Source: Paraspadella gotoi (Eukaryota; Animalia; Chaetognatha). Taken from it: DNA of 64,000 nucleotides. Under the pieces are notes generated by a model, which had not been told where the DNA came from, made no database searches, and saw only the letters and a program-made list of their open reading frames with translations. The translations under genes and the position numbers were made by a program. Position 1 is the first letter of the stretch. Every line of letters begins with the position of its first letter. This document shows positions 11,201-21,200 of this stretch, piece by piece. The DNA lies in assembly GCA_051294375.1 (NCBI GenBank), contig CM119271.1, positions 7,069,632-7,133,631 of the forward strand, given 5' to 3'.

Positions 11201-12858
11201 TCGCACGACCATGCCATGCCGGTTATCTCTTGTCCGTCACAGACCGTCACCTGGAGAAATACATGGTGGCAAAAGGAGGTGGACGTGAGTGTAACATGGA
11301 GTCTCGTCACTGCTCGTGCTGAAAAAGACTCCGACTTCGCGCCATCTTCGAACCGCGCGAACCTGCGTGATCATGGCGCCGTGAACGTCCATGACGATGA
11401 TCTGCCCGTCGGCCGTCCCGAAGAGGACGAGTTTGTCGTCGGGCGTCCAGACGCCGCAGGTGATGTGAGTGAACTCGAGGTTGAGCATCGAAGACCAATA
11501 GCGCTGGCCCGCGACGGATCCCACCAGGACGAATCCGTCCCTGCGTCGGGTTTTATGGAAGATAATATATTCTTGTATTTAATATTATATATTAGAAGAG
11601 GCTATAAATAACCAAGTCTAGTCACAAGTATCTAACGATGAGGACACAAAAATCTAAAAACCGACCGGTAGCAGATGAGCGCCATTCGACCGTCGTGGGA
11701 CCAGGTAAAGTCGGTGACTGGAATGTTGCGGTCGTTTATCAACTCGATCGACCATCGACCTTCGTACCTTCGATGTCAGGCAAAACAGAGTTTAAAGATA
11801 GAGATGCTTGAAATGTTCGAACGTTCATCTGTATCTACGACAGATAGTAAAAGTTCTAAGGAACTAACTTTATCCATACGAAGATGATCCCGTTGGCGTC
11901 GCAGGTGGCCAATTTCTGATATGGTTCGTTCCATTTGACGAGCATCACTTGAGCCCGATGCCCTGATAGGAGTGCAGAAATTTAATTGTCCCTGGACAAG
12001 GGTGCTGAAAGTACTTTCTAATACCATTTAGGTGGTCTTTGAATTATTCCTTCGATTTTATTAAACTCAGAGATAGTTAAAACTTAATATCAAGATATTC
12101 TTCTTAAAATTATAGTGTTATAATTGGTCATCGGTCTTCATAATCACCGAAAATTTTTCTCATATCATAGAACGCCGACAAACATTTGGTGACCGGAATC
12201 GAAGGGATTCGATGGAAGAAAGATTGACCGATATCGACACAGAATCGAATTGAGGGGAATGGGGGGGGGAGAAGAACAAAAGGTTTTGCGGTCAACTGTC
12301 ACAGCTGTCCTCAAAAGTCGTAAACAATGGTTTATTCTTGTTCTCTGTCCGTTTCCTCTGATTGTACTAATCCTTACTAGAACAACATTACTCGTTAGTT
12401 TTTATTTGCTCATTTCGCTTACTAGTACTTTTTCTATATATCATATATATATATATTCAAACCTCGAAGATTGAAGTTCATCCTCGGCGGCATATCGAAA
12501 TTCTTTTTGCAGTGGCACGTAGTGAAGGTCGCGCCCACGATTCCTTTCACGTTTCCAGTAGCCAACCATCCTTCCTGTAAACGCGTATGAGATGAACGAG
12601 AATCTGTCTTAAACAGTATAATTATAATTGGCCTAACCTCTTTCTTTCTCTTAAATTTTTTCTTTCTTTCATTGCTCGTCTAAAGACAGTATTAAAAACA
12701 TATGAGAAACCCTTGTTCCCGACCTGATAGTAATTGTTCCTGTTCAACTTCCAGCCGTCCTCTTCGGGCAAAATATCTGGCACTTTCCCCATCCACGACA
12801 AGGCTTGAATCACGCAGTCGCTTCGCGTGTTCAACGTTTCCTCAAAATGTACGTGCAT
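388..12858 (-). CDS. TULP4: Tubby-related protein 4 (WD40 + SOCS box; Tubby domain expected beyond window start), multi-exon, 3'-incomplete
   Basis: ATG at 12858. Spliced exons read MHVHFEETLNTRSDCVIQALSWMGKVP..EGWLATGNVKGIVGATFT..NFNLRGHRAQVMLVKWNEPYQKLATCD..YEGRWSIELINDR..GSVAGQRYWSSMLNLE..CGVWTPDD..LYLEYLGGLVPLLKGKRISRIKPEFVVYDP..VTSNIWGTKFKIHGLAAFLPSNLGNINYKTSLLHLQ|PRQMT, matching TULP4 family motifs as I recall them. Phase-consistent low-complexity exons continue at 6945-6318, 6131-5955, 5654-5579 and 596-388; these distal exons are less certain than the conserved ones. Confidence 0.92.
850..1050 (+). mobile_element. tRNA-derived SINE-like element
   Basis: tRNA-like head GGGCATTGGTGCCGGAGG (A-box-like) and GGTTCTAGCCC (B-box-like, 900-910) without a full cloverleaf. 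GC-rich body with hairpin CTGTAACAC-G-GTGTTACAG (954-972). The 3' boundary is approximate. Confidence 0.55.
1095..1135 (+). repeat. Short degenerate telomere-like (TAACCC) repeat
   Basis: taaccctaaccacccctaaccctaaaacaacccctaacccc. Confidence 0.6.
1200..1660 (+). repeat. Dispersed AT-rich repeat, copy 1 (internal to the MITE)
   Basis: Collinear blocks shared with 7030-7490: aatggac(a/c)aaa..tttctaa, gcttataaaa(a/g)gttgt(t/c)tacacaaagt(a/g)taatt, aatcatc..catcatcatc..atgatttta, aattttaattag, aaaaaatattttaa(t/c)acta. Confidence 0.75.
3028..4899 (-). CDS. Intronless Musashi-like RNA-binding protein (2 RRM + low-complexity/hexapeptide-repeat C-terminus), 623 aa
   Basis: Uninterrupted ATG-TGA ORF. 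RRM1 reads CKIFVGGLSQTT..GEVKECFIKTDTLTNRSRGFAFITF; RRM2 reads KKIFVGGL..MMDSTTNRSRGFGFVTF..IRNKKVECRKSLPK. By eye these are closest to Musashi (GEVKEC, D.TTNR.RGFGFVTF, NK.VEC.K..PK); the DAZAP1/hnRNP A/B relatives are less similar. Confidence 0.88.
   Translation of the reverse strand: MSAGDSSNNQINQNAPLPFDTEEANAAYAAYLDAAYAAHLNAAYLNALYYNASVVANQVANQMAHPNPNVINVAGNPLAMAPTDAELAACNCKIFVGGLSQTTSPDDLRAYFTRIGGEVKECFIKTDTLTNRSRGFAFITFATPQAAQMVLAGGPYNVDGKLLDCKEALPHHMTKVGPLNQSAKKIFVGGLPADADQNDLFAHFKVFGPIESGMVMMDSTTNRSRGFGFVTFCHPFLAELACAYPNQFIRNKKVECRKSLPKHVLQKEKEEAANGRPARRYQEAPNNGSKGSSTFNMQMLTAAQYPLAFVQNVVAAHQRVLQAYPPYGATPINYPFNGYPSTDPLMAHLQALQLPMQPLHTAQALPMPAMNGLATVQSFQNVHAMPPFPPVQNLGAYSQANPLALATASSAAASHMNPNSTALSPSAVTVAAPGPTSVTVTPPAYYMAPTTSQETNNQPGLLGPVPQFSPAGAAANNVFAATNGFDATNGFAAPHGYAAHHGYAAHHGYAAPHGYAAHHGYAAHHGYAAPHGYAAPNGYAAPNGYAAPNGYAAPNVYAAPNGYAAPNGYAAPNGYAAPNGYAAPNGYADTNGYTDNNGFAPANGFPGSNGHAGPHGGPSGTEQ
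3055..3465 (-). repeat. 18-bp coding tandem repeat (AAPNGY / AAPHGY / AAHHGY)
   Basis: Plus-strand units such as gccgttaggagcagcata and gccgtgatgagcggcata. There are 16 core units plus about 7 degenerate flanking units. Confidence 0.95.
5194..5224. promoter_or_regulatory. (GA)n tract in the CpG-rich region upstream of the Musashi-like ORF (putative promoter)
   Basis: The GA repeat lies about 300 bp 5' of the ATG, beside a CpG-rich non-coding segment (5040-5260). Function is inferred. Confidence 0.35.
7030..7490 (+). repeat. Dispersed AT-rich repeat, copy 2 (in a TULP4 intron)
   Basis: Diverged collinear homologue of 1200-1660. Confidence 0.75.
7968..9128. mobile_element. Tc1/mariner-type non-autonomous element (1161 bp) in a TULP4 intron
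   Basis: TA|CAGTCCTGTGCAAAAAAAAAGGAC at the left and GAGTCCTCTTTTTTCTTGCACAGGACTG|TA at the right form terminal inverted repeats starting CAGT, with a TA target duplication. Confidence 0.88.
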
Positions 12859-13690
12859 TTCGACGGTATTTCGTTCTCTCCTCAGGACCGCGAGCGTTTT
12901 AAAATCGGACGTACGAACGGCCCCAGACAATGGCCCGCGGCGGCGCCTTTCCAAAAAGGAGTGCGACGCCGCGAGAAGGAATGTCGCGGCGCGCTATGGA
13001 GCGCGCCGCGAGTATCATGGTGAGAGAGATACGGACGTTTTTTCGCGTCGCGTTGACCCCAAGTCGAAATATGGCTCCATCGTCAAAGTTAATTTAGGTA
13101 GAAATAAATAAGTTTTTCCCCCCAGCTTTCTTTTTGCAAAAAAATCTACCGAGTAACACCTACTTCAGTACAAGTTGTTTTCCAACACAGCGAGAACCTT
13201 GAATATTTCGAAAACAATTAAGGTCAAACAAATTTCTCGATTCGACAAGTAATATTACCATGCCTAAACCATATATACTCACATACCAAGGAGTTTAGTA
13301 ATTCGTTTTAAATTTTAAACGAATTCCATTTAATACCCAATAAATAACGGCGATGGAAAAAAAAAAACGGCTAAAATGGAAATTCCAAAAGGCAAGTGCC
13401 GTTTGTTAATACGATGCTTTATTTTTTAATGATAAAATAGCGAACGACAAAGCCAGACAAAAGAGAAACGTAAACAAAATCAGCTGACATCAGGACAAAG
13501 GGATTTTTCATTTCCCGATTCCGACGAGCCTCTTGAACATTTTAACAGGTTACCGAAAATTCGGTTGTTTATGCAAACACAACACAGGCTATGAGATGGT
13601 ATTTTGTTGATGGTCCATGAGCGACCAGCTCTGGGATGGGGGAGGCAAACATCAAGTGTCTCATGGAACTAACAACTCACAAACAAGCTG

Positions 13691-13978
13691 ATTGGACGGA
13701 TTGCTAAAGTTATCCAAGTGATTTTTATTTCAAAATGCTACCGAGATGCATTACAGTGTAAAATTATATTTTCGTTTGAGAAGTAACTATAAATAATCAT
13801 TTCATCGAATAAACTCAACCAATCATTGCATTGCGATGATAAGCTGATTATCACATCCTTGCAGTCTTATCTGTTAGCCCGTTCTTTCATACGCGAGAGA
13901 ACAGTGAGCCAATCGGGGAAAAAATCTTATGTTGGAAAACTCCCATGATTGGCTCATTTCGTCTGCCCACCTACCAAT
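13691..13978. promoter_or_regulatory. Cluster of five CCAAT boxes upstream of TULP4
   Basis: ATTGG 13691, CCAAT 13819, CCAAT 13909, ATTGG 13948, CCAAT 13974. Confidence 0.4.
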
Positions 13979-14164
13979 GAAATAAATACTCGGAAAATGT
14001 TTAACTTGATTAAAAAAAAAAATCATCAGTAGTTTATATTATCAATAAGCGATTAAAGTATATTTTGAGACTAGAACGAACAAACAAAGCAAAGTTCATC
14101 AAAGAGAAAAAGCAGAATTCGAAAATAAAACAAAACTCAACTAGGAACTCGGAAACTTACGAGA

Positions 14165-14237
14165 GCCTCTATAGCTCAGTGGTTAGAGCACTGGTCTTGT
14201 AAACCAGGGGTCATGAGTTCGATCCTCATTAGGGGCT
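14165..14237 (+). tRNA. tRNA-Thr (anticodon TGT)
   Basis: Full cloverleaf: acceptor GCCTCTA/TAGGGGC, D arm GCTC/GAGC, anticodon arm CTGGT-CTTGTAA-ACCAG, T arm ATGAG-TTCGATC-CTCAT. A TTTTT Pol III terminator follows just downstream. Confidence 0.97.
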
Positions 14238-15237
14238 AACAATTTTTATTCTTTTATTCGCACTATCAAAACTGAACATCCGCGATTCTCCTTGGTCTAA
14301 TTAGTCCCCCCAAAAAAATTTAGACCAGATAGGCGTCTGACATTGCTAGCTAAATGCATTATTAAAAAGTAACTTTTCCTGCAAAGTCAAAGAACAAAAT
14401 CAAAGCTTATATATGTGGATATCTTGAAATAATTGTCATTATAAGGTAAATCAAAACAACGCCATTACAGATTCATCTTTTAGTATGTTTGTTAAGTAAG
14501 GATCAATCAAAGACGGCTGGAGCCCTGAAAAGTTGAACCAGTAAAACTAGTAAAACTCGGGAAATTGGGGCAAGACGAAAAAACTAAAGACGGCTTTTGC
14601 CATCGATGATAATACAATCTGTCATTGGGATTAAGCATTCGTGTAAACACGCACTGTAGAGAAGCTAACTGCAACATCAAAAAGTCAATTCATGATTATC
14701 ATGAGCTCTTGAAATTAGCAGAAAAGGATTCGGACGTCAATTTAGCTGACAAGGTTAAATAGATCCGACGCTAGATGTTTACTTGGTAGGATCAATATTT
14801 TTTTCGCAGCTGGCCTCGTCATCATCGAAATTGTAACGAAAATAGAATTTCGATTTTCATGTTATGTAATCAAGCTCATGAGTACAGTATGTCAAAAAAA
14901 GCTGATGATACAAAATTAAAGTTTCAGCTGCGGCTGCCACAACTTCTACGATTAACTTGTCACAAAAGGCGACAATGAAAAAAAATTTTGATACAATGTG
15001 TCAACGTCAAACTGCAAGCAAGCACTCAACCGAATTAAAAATGAAGAAAACTCATGAGAACTGGATCAACAAAAATAGCATCTAGCGGCTGAGGATAACT
15101 TAAAACTTATACATCTACAGTCTTTAAACACTGGAAGCTCTTGACCATAACAACTCCGCGATTGTCCCACTAAGCTTCCAATGTCAGTTTCAAGCATCTA
15201 AATCAAAGTTCCGTCGAAGTCGTTCACTACACAAATT

Positions 15238-18200
15238 TTAAGATCTCGGAATACCACCATTCCAATTTCCAGGGTTAGAATCCGGAAGATCTGCGAGAGA
15301 ATGATGCAATGGCTCTGAATTTTGAAAACTTCCAATTCCTGGAGTGCCACTCATGTTTTTTAAGCCCCCAAGACCACCTCCCCAAAGCGAGGGAAATGGC
15401 GGAAGTGACTGATTTAAATCACCACTTGAATTCGCATTTCCACCAACACTCCCTAGATTTCCAAATGGAGCTGCCACTCCCGTTCCAAAATGAGACGAGG
15501 GAGCTGCGTTGTTGCCATTACTATTTCCAAAAAAAGGAGGAGTACCCAAAAGCATGTGATTCGTAAATGTGTTATCCATGTTCATATCGCTACTATTCGT
15601 GTTTGGAAGATGACTACCAATAGGGTTTAATCCAGTGTGATCATTGAAATTCGCAGTTTTTCCATGAAATCCACTATCAGCGCTTTTTTGGCTCCACATT
15701 TTATTAGTGTCATCATTTCGAGACATTCCTTGATCCATTGAAAATGAAAAATCGGGCCCATACATCGAGTTGTCTGATCTCTTGGTCATTTTGTCAGGAT
15801 TGTTGTGCGGCGATCCACTTCCTGCACTTCCAGAAGACCCTGGGGGAGGAATCATTCCAATTGTTGCAGCAAACTTGTTTAGCGATGTTTGATCTTTCTT
15901 TGAGGGCGTTTGGCCAGTACGTAACAGTGCATCAAGGTTAGCTGTTGAATTGCTGGAAGCATTCATATTGGTTGAACTTGGGGGTGCATTTGGGGGTGGT
16001 GGTAGGATTCCAAAATTAGACGATCCCGTCGCTAAGATATTAACATTAAAAAGAGCCTGTGCTGAAGCATTTGATGCTCCAGGTGGAGCAGCCCCAGCCG
16101 GACCTCCAAGATCTGGTGCTGGTAGGCCCTGTAGAGGCTGAACATTCATAAGGTTAGGAATTCCACCCAATTGAGTAGAATCGGTCATAGTTGTTGGTAA
16201 AAGGGCACCAGGTGGAGGGTGACGAGAGCTTGGCGGCATGACAAGTGGCGGCGGTGGTGGTGGTAAGTGAGAACCAACATTCGTGTTCGGAAGTGGAGGC
16301 GGTGGTTGAGAACTGGGCGGATTAGATGGGCCTTTATTTGAATCTTGAAAGCCAAGTCCGAATAATGAAACCGCAGGTTGATTCGAGTTATTGGAATTCT
16401 TAGGTCCAGTAACAGAATCCATTAAGCCAGCAATCCGTTGTGGATTTGTTCCAAACGCTGGTTGCAGAGAGGATGGTGGCAGAAAACTAGAAAATGGAAG
16501 ATTTGGCATCTGTCCCATACTCCCCAAAGAAGGAGAGGTACCATGAGTGGCATTTGTAACAGATGTACCCAAATGCCTTGATGTAAAATCCGGTGCATAG
16601 GGATTAAGATTACTTTGAATGACTGGCAGCGTCATTGATTGATGCAGATTTGGAGGAAGTAGGCTTTGAAAAGGATCTTGATTAGTGAAGCTATTATTTG
16701 TAGCAGGATCAAATGCATTTTGACCATAGGCGTTGTTGCTGGGAACATGATCATTTTGAGAAGGACTCATGTTTTGGTTTCCGCGATTACGTAAATGACT
16801 GCCTATTGGAGCTGGAGGTCCAGTTGGCTGGGCGTTCATTGGCGCACCAGGAGCTCTTGAGCTTTTAATTTGCATAGGATGATGACTTGTACTCAGTGCA
16901 CTCGAAGATATGGATGTCATAAAAGCCGTTGAAAATGAAGTTGTATAAGATGAAGTTCCAGTATTTAGTGCATTTGCCATAGAGGTTGCGGTCAGATTTC
17001 CTTGTGATACAACAGGAAGAGAAAGGTTCTTAAAATTTTGCATCAATCTAACAATAGGATCTTCAAGATTAGAACTGCCCGAGCAATTGGCATTTGGGTT
17101 TGTATTGCCATGGGAAGTAGATGGCATGGGTTGAGATGGTGAACCAGGACCAATACCTGACAAATGATTGGCACGCATCTGACTGCTTGGGGTTCCCGGA
17201 GCACCAAGACTTCCAACACGACCAGGAGAATTTGGTGTCATACCCACCGGTGCAGTGGAACTCCCTTGAGGAGAAAGTGGAATATGATCTTGTCCAGCAT
17301 TACTTCCAGGTGACAAGTTAGCAAGCTGTGAAGCCATTTTCTGAACTGCAGCCTCTTGAGGAGAAAGTTGTTGCTTTGTCGCTGTAGAAACAGAAGAGGG
17401 CGGTCTATAACCTGGTGCCTTTGTCACATTCGTTTCTAAATCTAAGCTCAAATTCATTTTATATCCGGGAGCTTTTGAAGCATCTGCAATATTTTGCGCA
17501 TGATTGTGGCTATGTTCAGGAGCGTCATGTGGGGAAGCAGGAGCATTGCTATTTGCATTTAAACCAACTGCTGATGCAAAATTCATCCTACTCGAGCTGC
17601 TTCCCGGTGAATCTTGATCATAATCATCCTTTTGCTGGGGATTGTTACCACTGTGAAGAACTTGCTCGGCCATATTACTAAATAAATTATTAAATGGAGA
17701 ATATTCCGCAGCTGTCTGCATCAATGGAGGAACGACAGGTTGGTGTGTGCTACTTAGATCTCCTAAGAGAGAATTCATAGAGCTCTCCCCAGTGTTCGAA
17801 AATGATCTTCCTTGATTGACCAGAGAATTGCTCGGCATTTTTGATGAGCCTAAAGCAGAACTTTTACCATGATGCTGCTGTTGATTTGATGGTGCACTTG
17901 TACTTGGCGCCGAGTTAGTTATCTGTATAACTGAAGCTGCATTAGAAGATTTTAATTGCCCCAGTGAAGCATTTTTTGTTTTGGCGTTCTTATTTTTTTC
18001 TTTGTTCCCCGATGATGAACCACTGCCGCCAACTGAAGTATTTCCGCGGCTTTTATTAGAAGATACAGTTGTTTTGGTCGGATTTTGAGTTATTTTACTT
18101 TTCGCTGGATCAACAGAAACAGCTGTTGGAAACAATTGTCTGGCTGCAGTAGCAGGCTTAACGGGCATTAGCACAGATGTTACACTTTTAGAGGCACTCG

Positions 18201-21200
18201 TAAAAGGTGCGGGGCTATTAGTATTCTTTATCTTTGAAGGTGAAGACACACTGTGTATCAGTTGCTGCTGCTGTTGCTGCTGCTGCTGCGGTTGGTTCAC
18301 AGTGGTTCCAGAAGTCTTTCCAGGTACTGTTGTTGCAATCGAGACGCCAGCAACTGAGCCAGCCGGTTTTTTAACAGCTTGAGCAAACAGCGTGCCTGGG
18401 TTTACTCCAGAAGAGGAAAATTGGGAGCTTAGATTTCCAGAAGCAACTGTGGATACAACTTCATTAGAGTTAGACCCTTTCTTTTTATTTGCTGCCGTTG
18501 TTACGGAAGTAGTAATAGAGCTGGCAGTAGAAGTAAGAGCGCTTGCACCACTTTTAGTTGAGGTGGAAATAACAGTAGTTAGAGAGAGGCTAATAGGAGT
18601 AGATAAAGCTACTCCACTGTCAGTGGCAACAGCAGCAACGGCAGCTTTATTTGCAGCAGCATTAATAGCATTTGTCAAATATTTCTGCTTATTCTTAGGA
18701 AGAATATCCATAAGATCACGATCTGGTTCTTTGACCAAGGCATTGATGTAAAACTGTGCTTGACGGGTGGCCTCTGTCGAACCTTTTATCAAGATAGTTC
18801 TTTCCAGGGCATTTCCTTTCTGCTTTTCGACCTCAATATGTGCTCCTGAAACCTCCCGTATGGCATTGATATTACATCCACCTCGGCCAATAACTCTACT
18901 CACAACATTTGAAGGAACGGCTAATTTCTTAGAGCGTCTAACGACTTCCTTCCATCCAGTCTCTTCAGTACCAGCTTTTGTCTTTTTATCACCCCTCTTA
19001 GGACTGTTAGAGAAACCAATTATTCCTTTTGTTGCAGCCTCCTTCTCTTTATTTTTCTTTTTGCTTACCTGTACACTAAAACTTTGATCAATCTTACTCT
19101 CCAAACTACTGTTTGCCTTTTTAATTGAATTTTGAACAGAGACTGAAGTTAAGATTCGCTCAGCATCCCCACCAGGTCCTGCTTGAGGTGTTTCAGTTTT
19201 CTTTTTAACAATATCATCAGTTTTCTTATCTCCACTTCCTATTTTCTTTTCCGCTTTTTTATTTTTGTTATTCTTATGGGCTTCTGCCTTAGATGAAATA
19301 TTCAACCTCTCTGGTTTTTTGTCTCTTTCGTCTTTATCTTTCTTCTCAGCACCGTCACCTGAAGTTCTTTTCCCAAGACTATTGTTGTTGTCAGAGACAA
19401 GTGAATCTAGGGACTTTGAATCTTTTTGATCAATTATGAGCTTTTGCAACAGTTTCTTTTGATCGTAATCCCCCACGCCCGATCCATTTGCTGGAAGATC
19501 TGTGCCCAATCTATTCATTACAGCCTTTTTATTGGCTATCATATTTACTAAAGTCGCATGTCCCATTTGAATTTCCTCAAAGAAATCTTCTTCATCTTTC
19601 TCTTCCATTTCATCCTGTTCATCATCTTCTTTATCAGAAACGCCATCTGCACCATCTCTCTCTTCCGGTTTTTCCTGTTGCCGCTTTTGCTTCCGCTTTT
19701 GTTTTTTCTTCTCTCGTTTCTTTGCCGCAGCAATCTTCTTGTGTTCTTCATGCGTCTTTTCTGCATCCAATTCTTTTAACAAATTCGTGGCATTCTTGTT
19801 AGCTTCTGCTGCTTGACGATCTTTAGCAGACATTATTATTTCCATACATTGATGACATTTTTTTAGAAGATCCTTATCACCAACAGTTTGAATGAACCTC
19901 ATGCACTCCTGATCAGAAGGGAATTGCTTTACATGTTTAACTAAGTACTTGACAACTTTGGTGTGACCTTTACGAAAGGCAGCCATGAGACAAGACATTT
20001 TCCGATTATCCTGACTGTCTACATCTGCCCCGGCATTGACAAGTAATTGAACAACTTCGAGATGCCCTCCATTGGCAGCTAACCATAGAGGAGAATTTCC
20101 TTTTTTGTTTTTAACGTCCAGCGCAGACCCTCTTAGAATGAGCAACTCAACAAAACGGAACTGCCCCTTATCGGCAGCAATAGTAAGAGCCGTGTCGCGT
20201 GAGGAAGGAACAGGGGGTGCATTAACATCTGCCCCCTTGTCGAGCAGCACCCTACCGACTTCATAGTATCCCCCAGATGCGGCTTCCATAAGAGGCGTCA
20301 GGCCAGTTTTGGCACGATGCTCGATATTGGCCTTACGGTCGACCAACAGAGAAACGACTTCGTGTCGGCCCTGAAAGCAGGCCAACGTCAAGGCGGTGTT
20401 ACGATTTGTCTCAATTTGCGCATTTATATCAGAGCCCATGTCAAGCAACAATTTGACAGCAGCAGTATGGCCATTCATGGCAGCCAGCATAAGTGGAGAG
20501 ATTCCCAACTTGCTTCCAGTACGAGAATTAATCTCAGCACCGTGGTTTAGCAGGAGCTTGATAATATTGACGTAGCCTCCGGAAGCAGCCAGGCTAAGTG
20601 GAGTGTAGTCACTAACATTTCTATGTTCTTTCATGGCGCCTCTTTGAAGCAAAATCTCCACTACTTCATATCGACCACCTAAAGACAGAAAAAGAAAAAA
20701 ATGAGACATAATTTTTCTTTCCAAAAATTAGCTTTCGTTTACCTGAGCAAGCCAGAGATAACGGCGTATCTTTGGTTCTCTCACTCTGGGCTTCGATCTC
20801 GGCGCCATGATCTAGAAGAATCTCCACAACTCCCGCATGTCCCGCCGTCGCCGCCAGTATTAGTGGCGTGAAGCCCTTCTTGTCGCGATGCTCCAAATTG
20901 GCTCCTCTTTGAAGCAGCACTCTCACCAATTCTTCATGGCCTCCGGCGCAGGCAAGGGTAAGAGCTGGATTAAGAAAACAAAAAAGTTTTAATTAATTAT
21001 CAATAGTAAAATCAATTGAAAAATTAATTACTTAAATGTGGAGTTAATAGTTATTAGAATCACTGAAAAAATATTTGGTGAATTAACCCGTTGTTAATTT
21101 ATTTGAATCTTTTTCATGTCATGACCAACGATGTTTACATACATAGTTTAATTTTTAATGTTTTATAAATTCATCACTATTTACTATCGGATTACGTATT

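Noticed and set aside
14260-15237. EIF4EBP-like gene downstream of MASK, as in vertebrate ANKHD1-EIF4EBP3
   Set aside because: No TPGGT or YDRKFLL-type coding sequence was found by eye.
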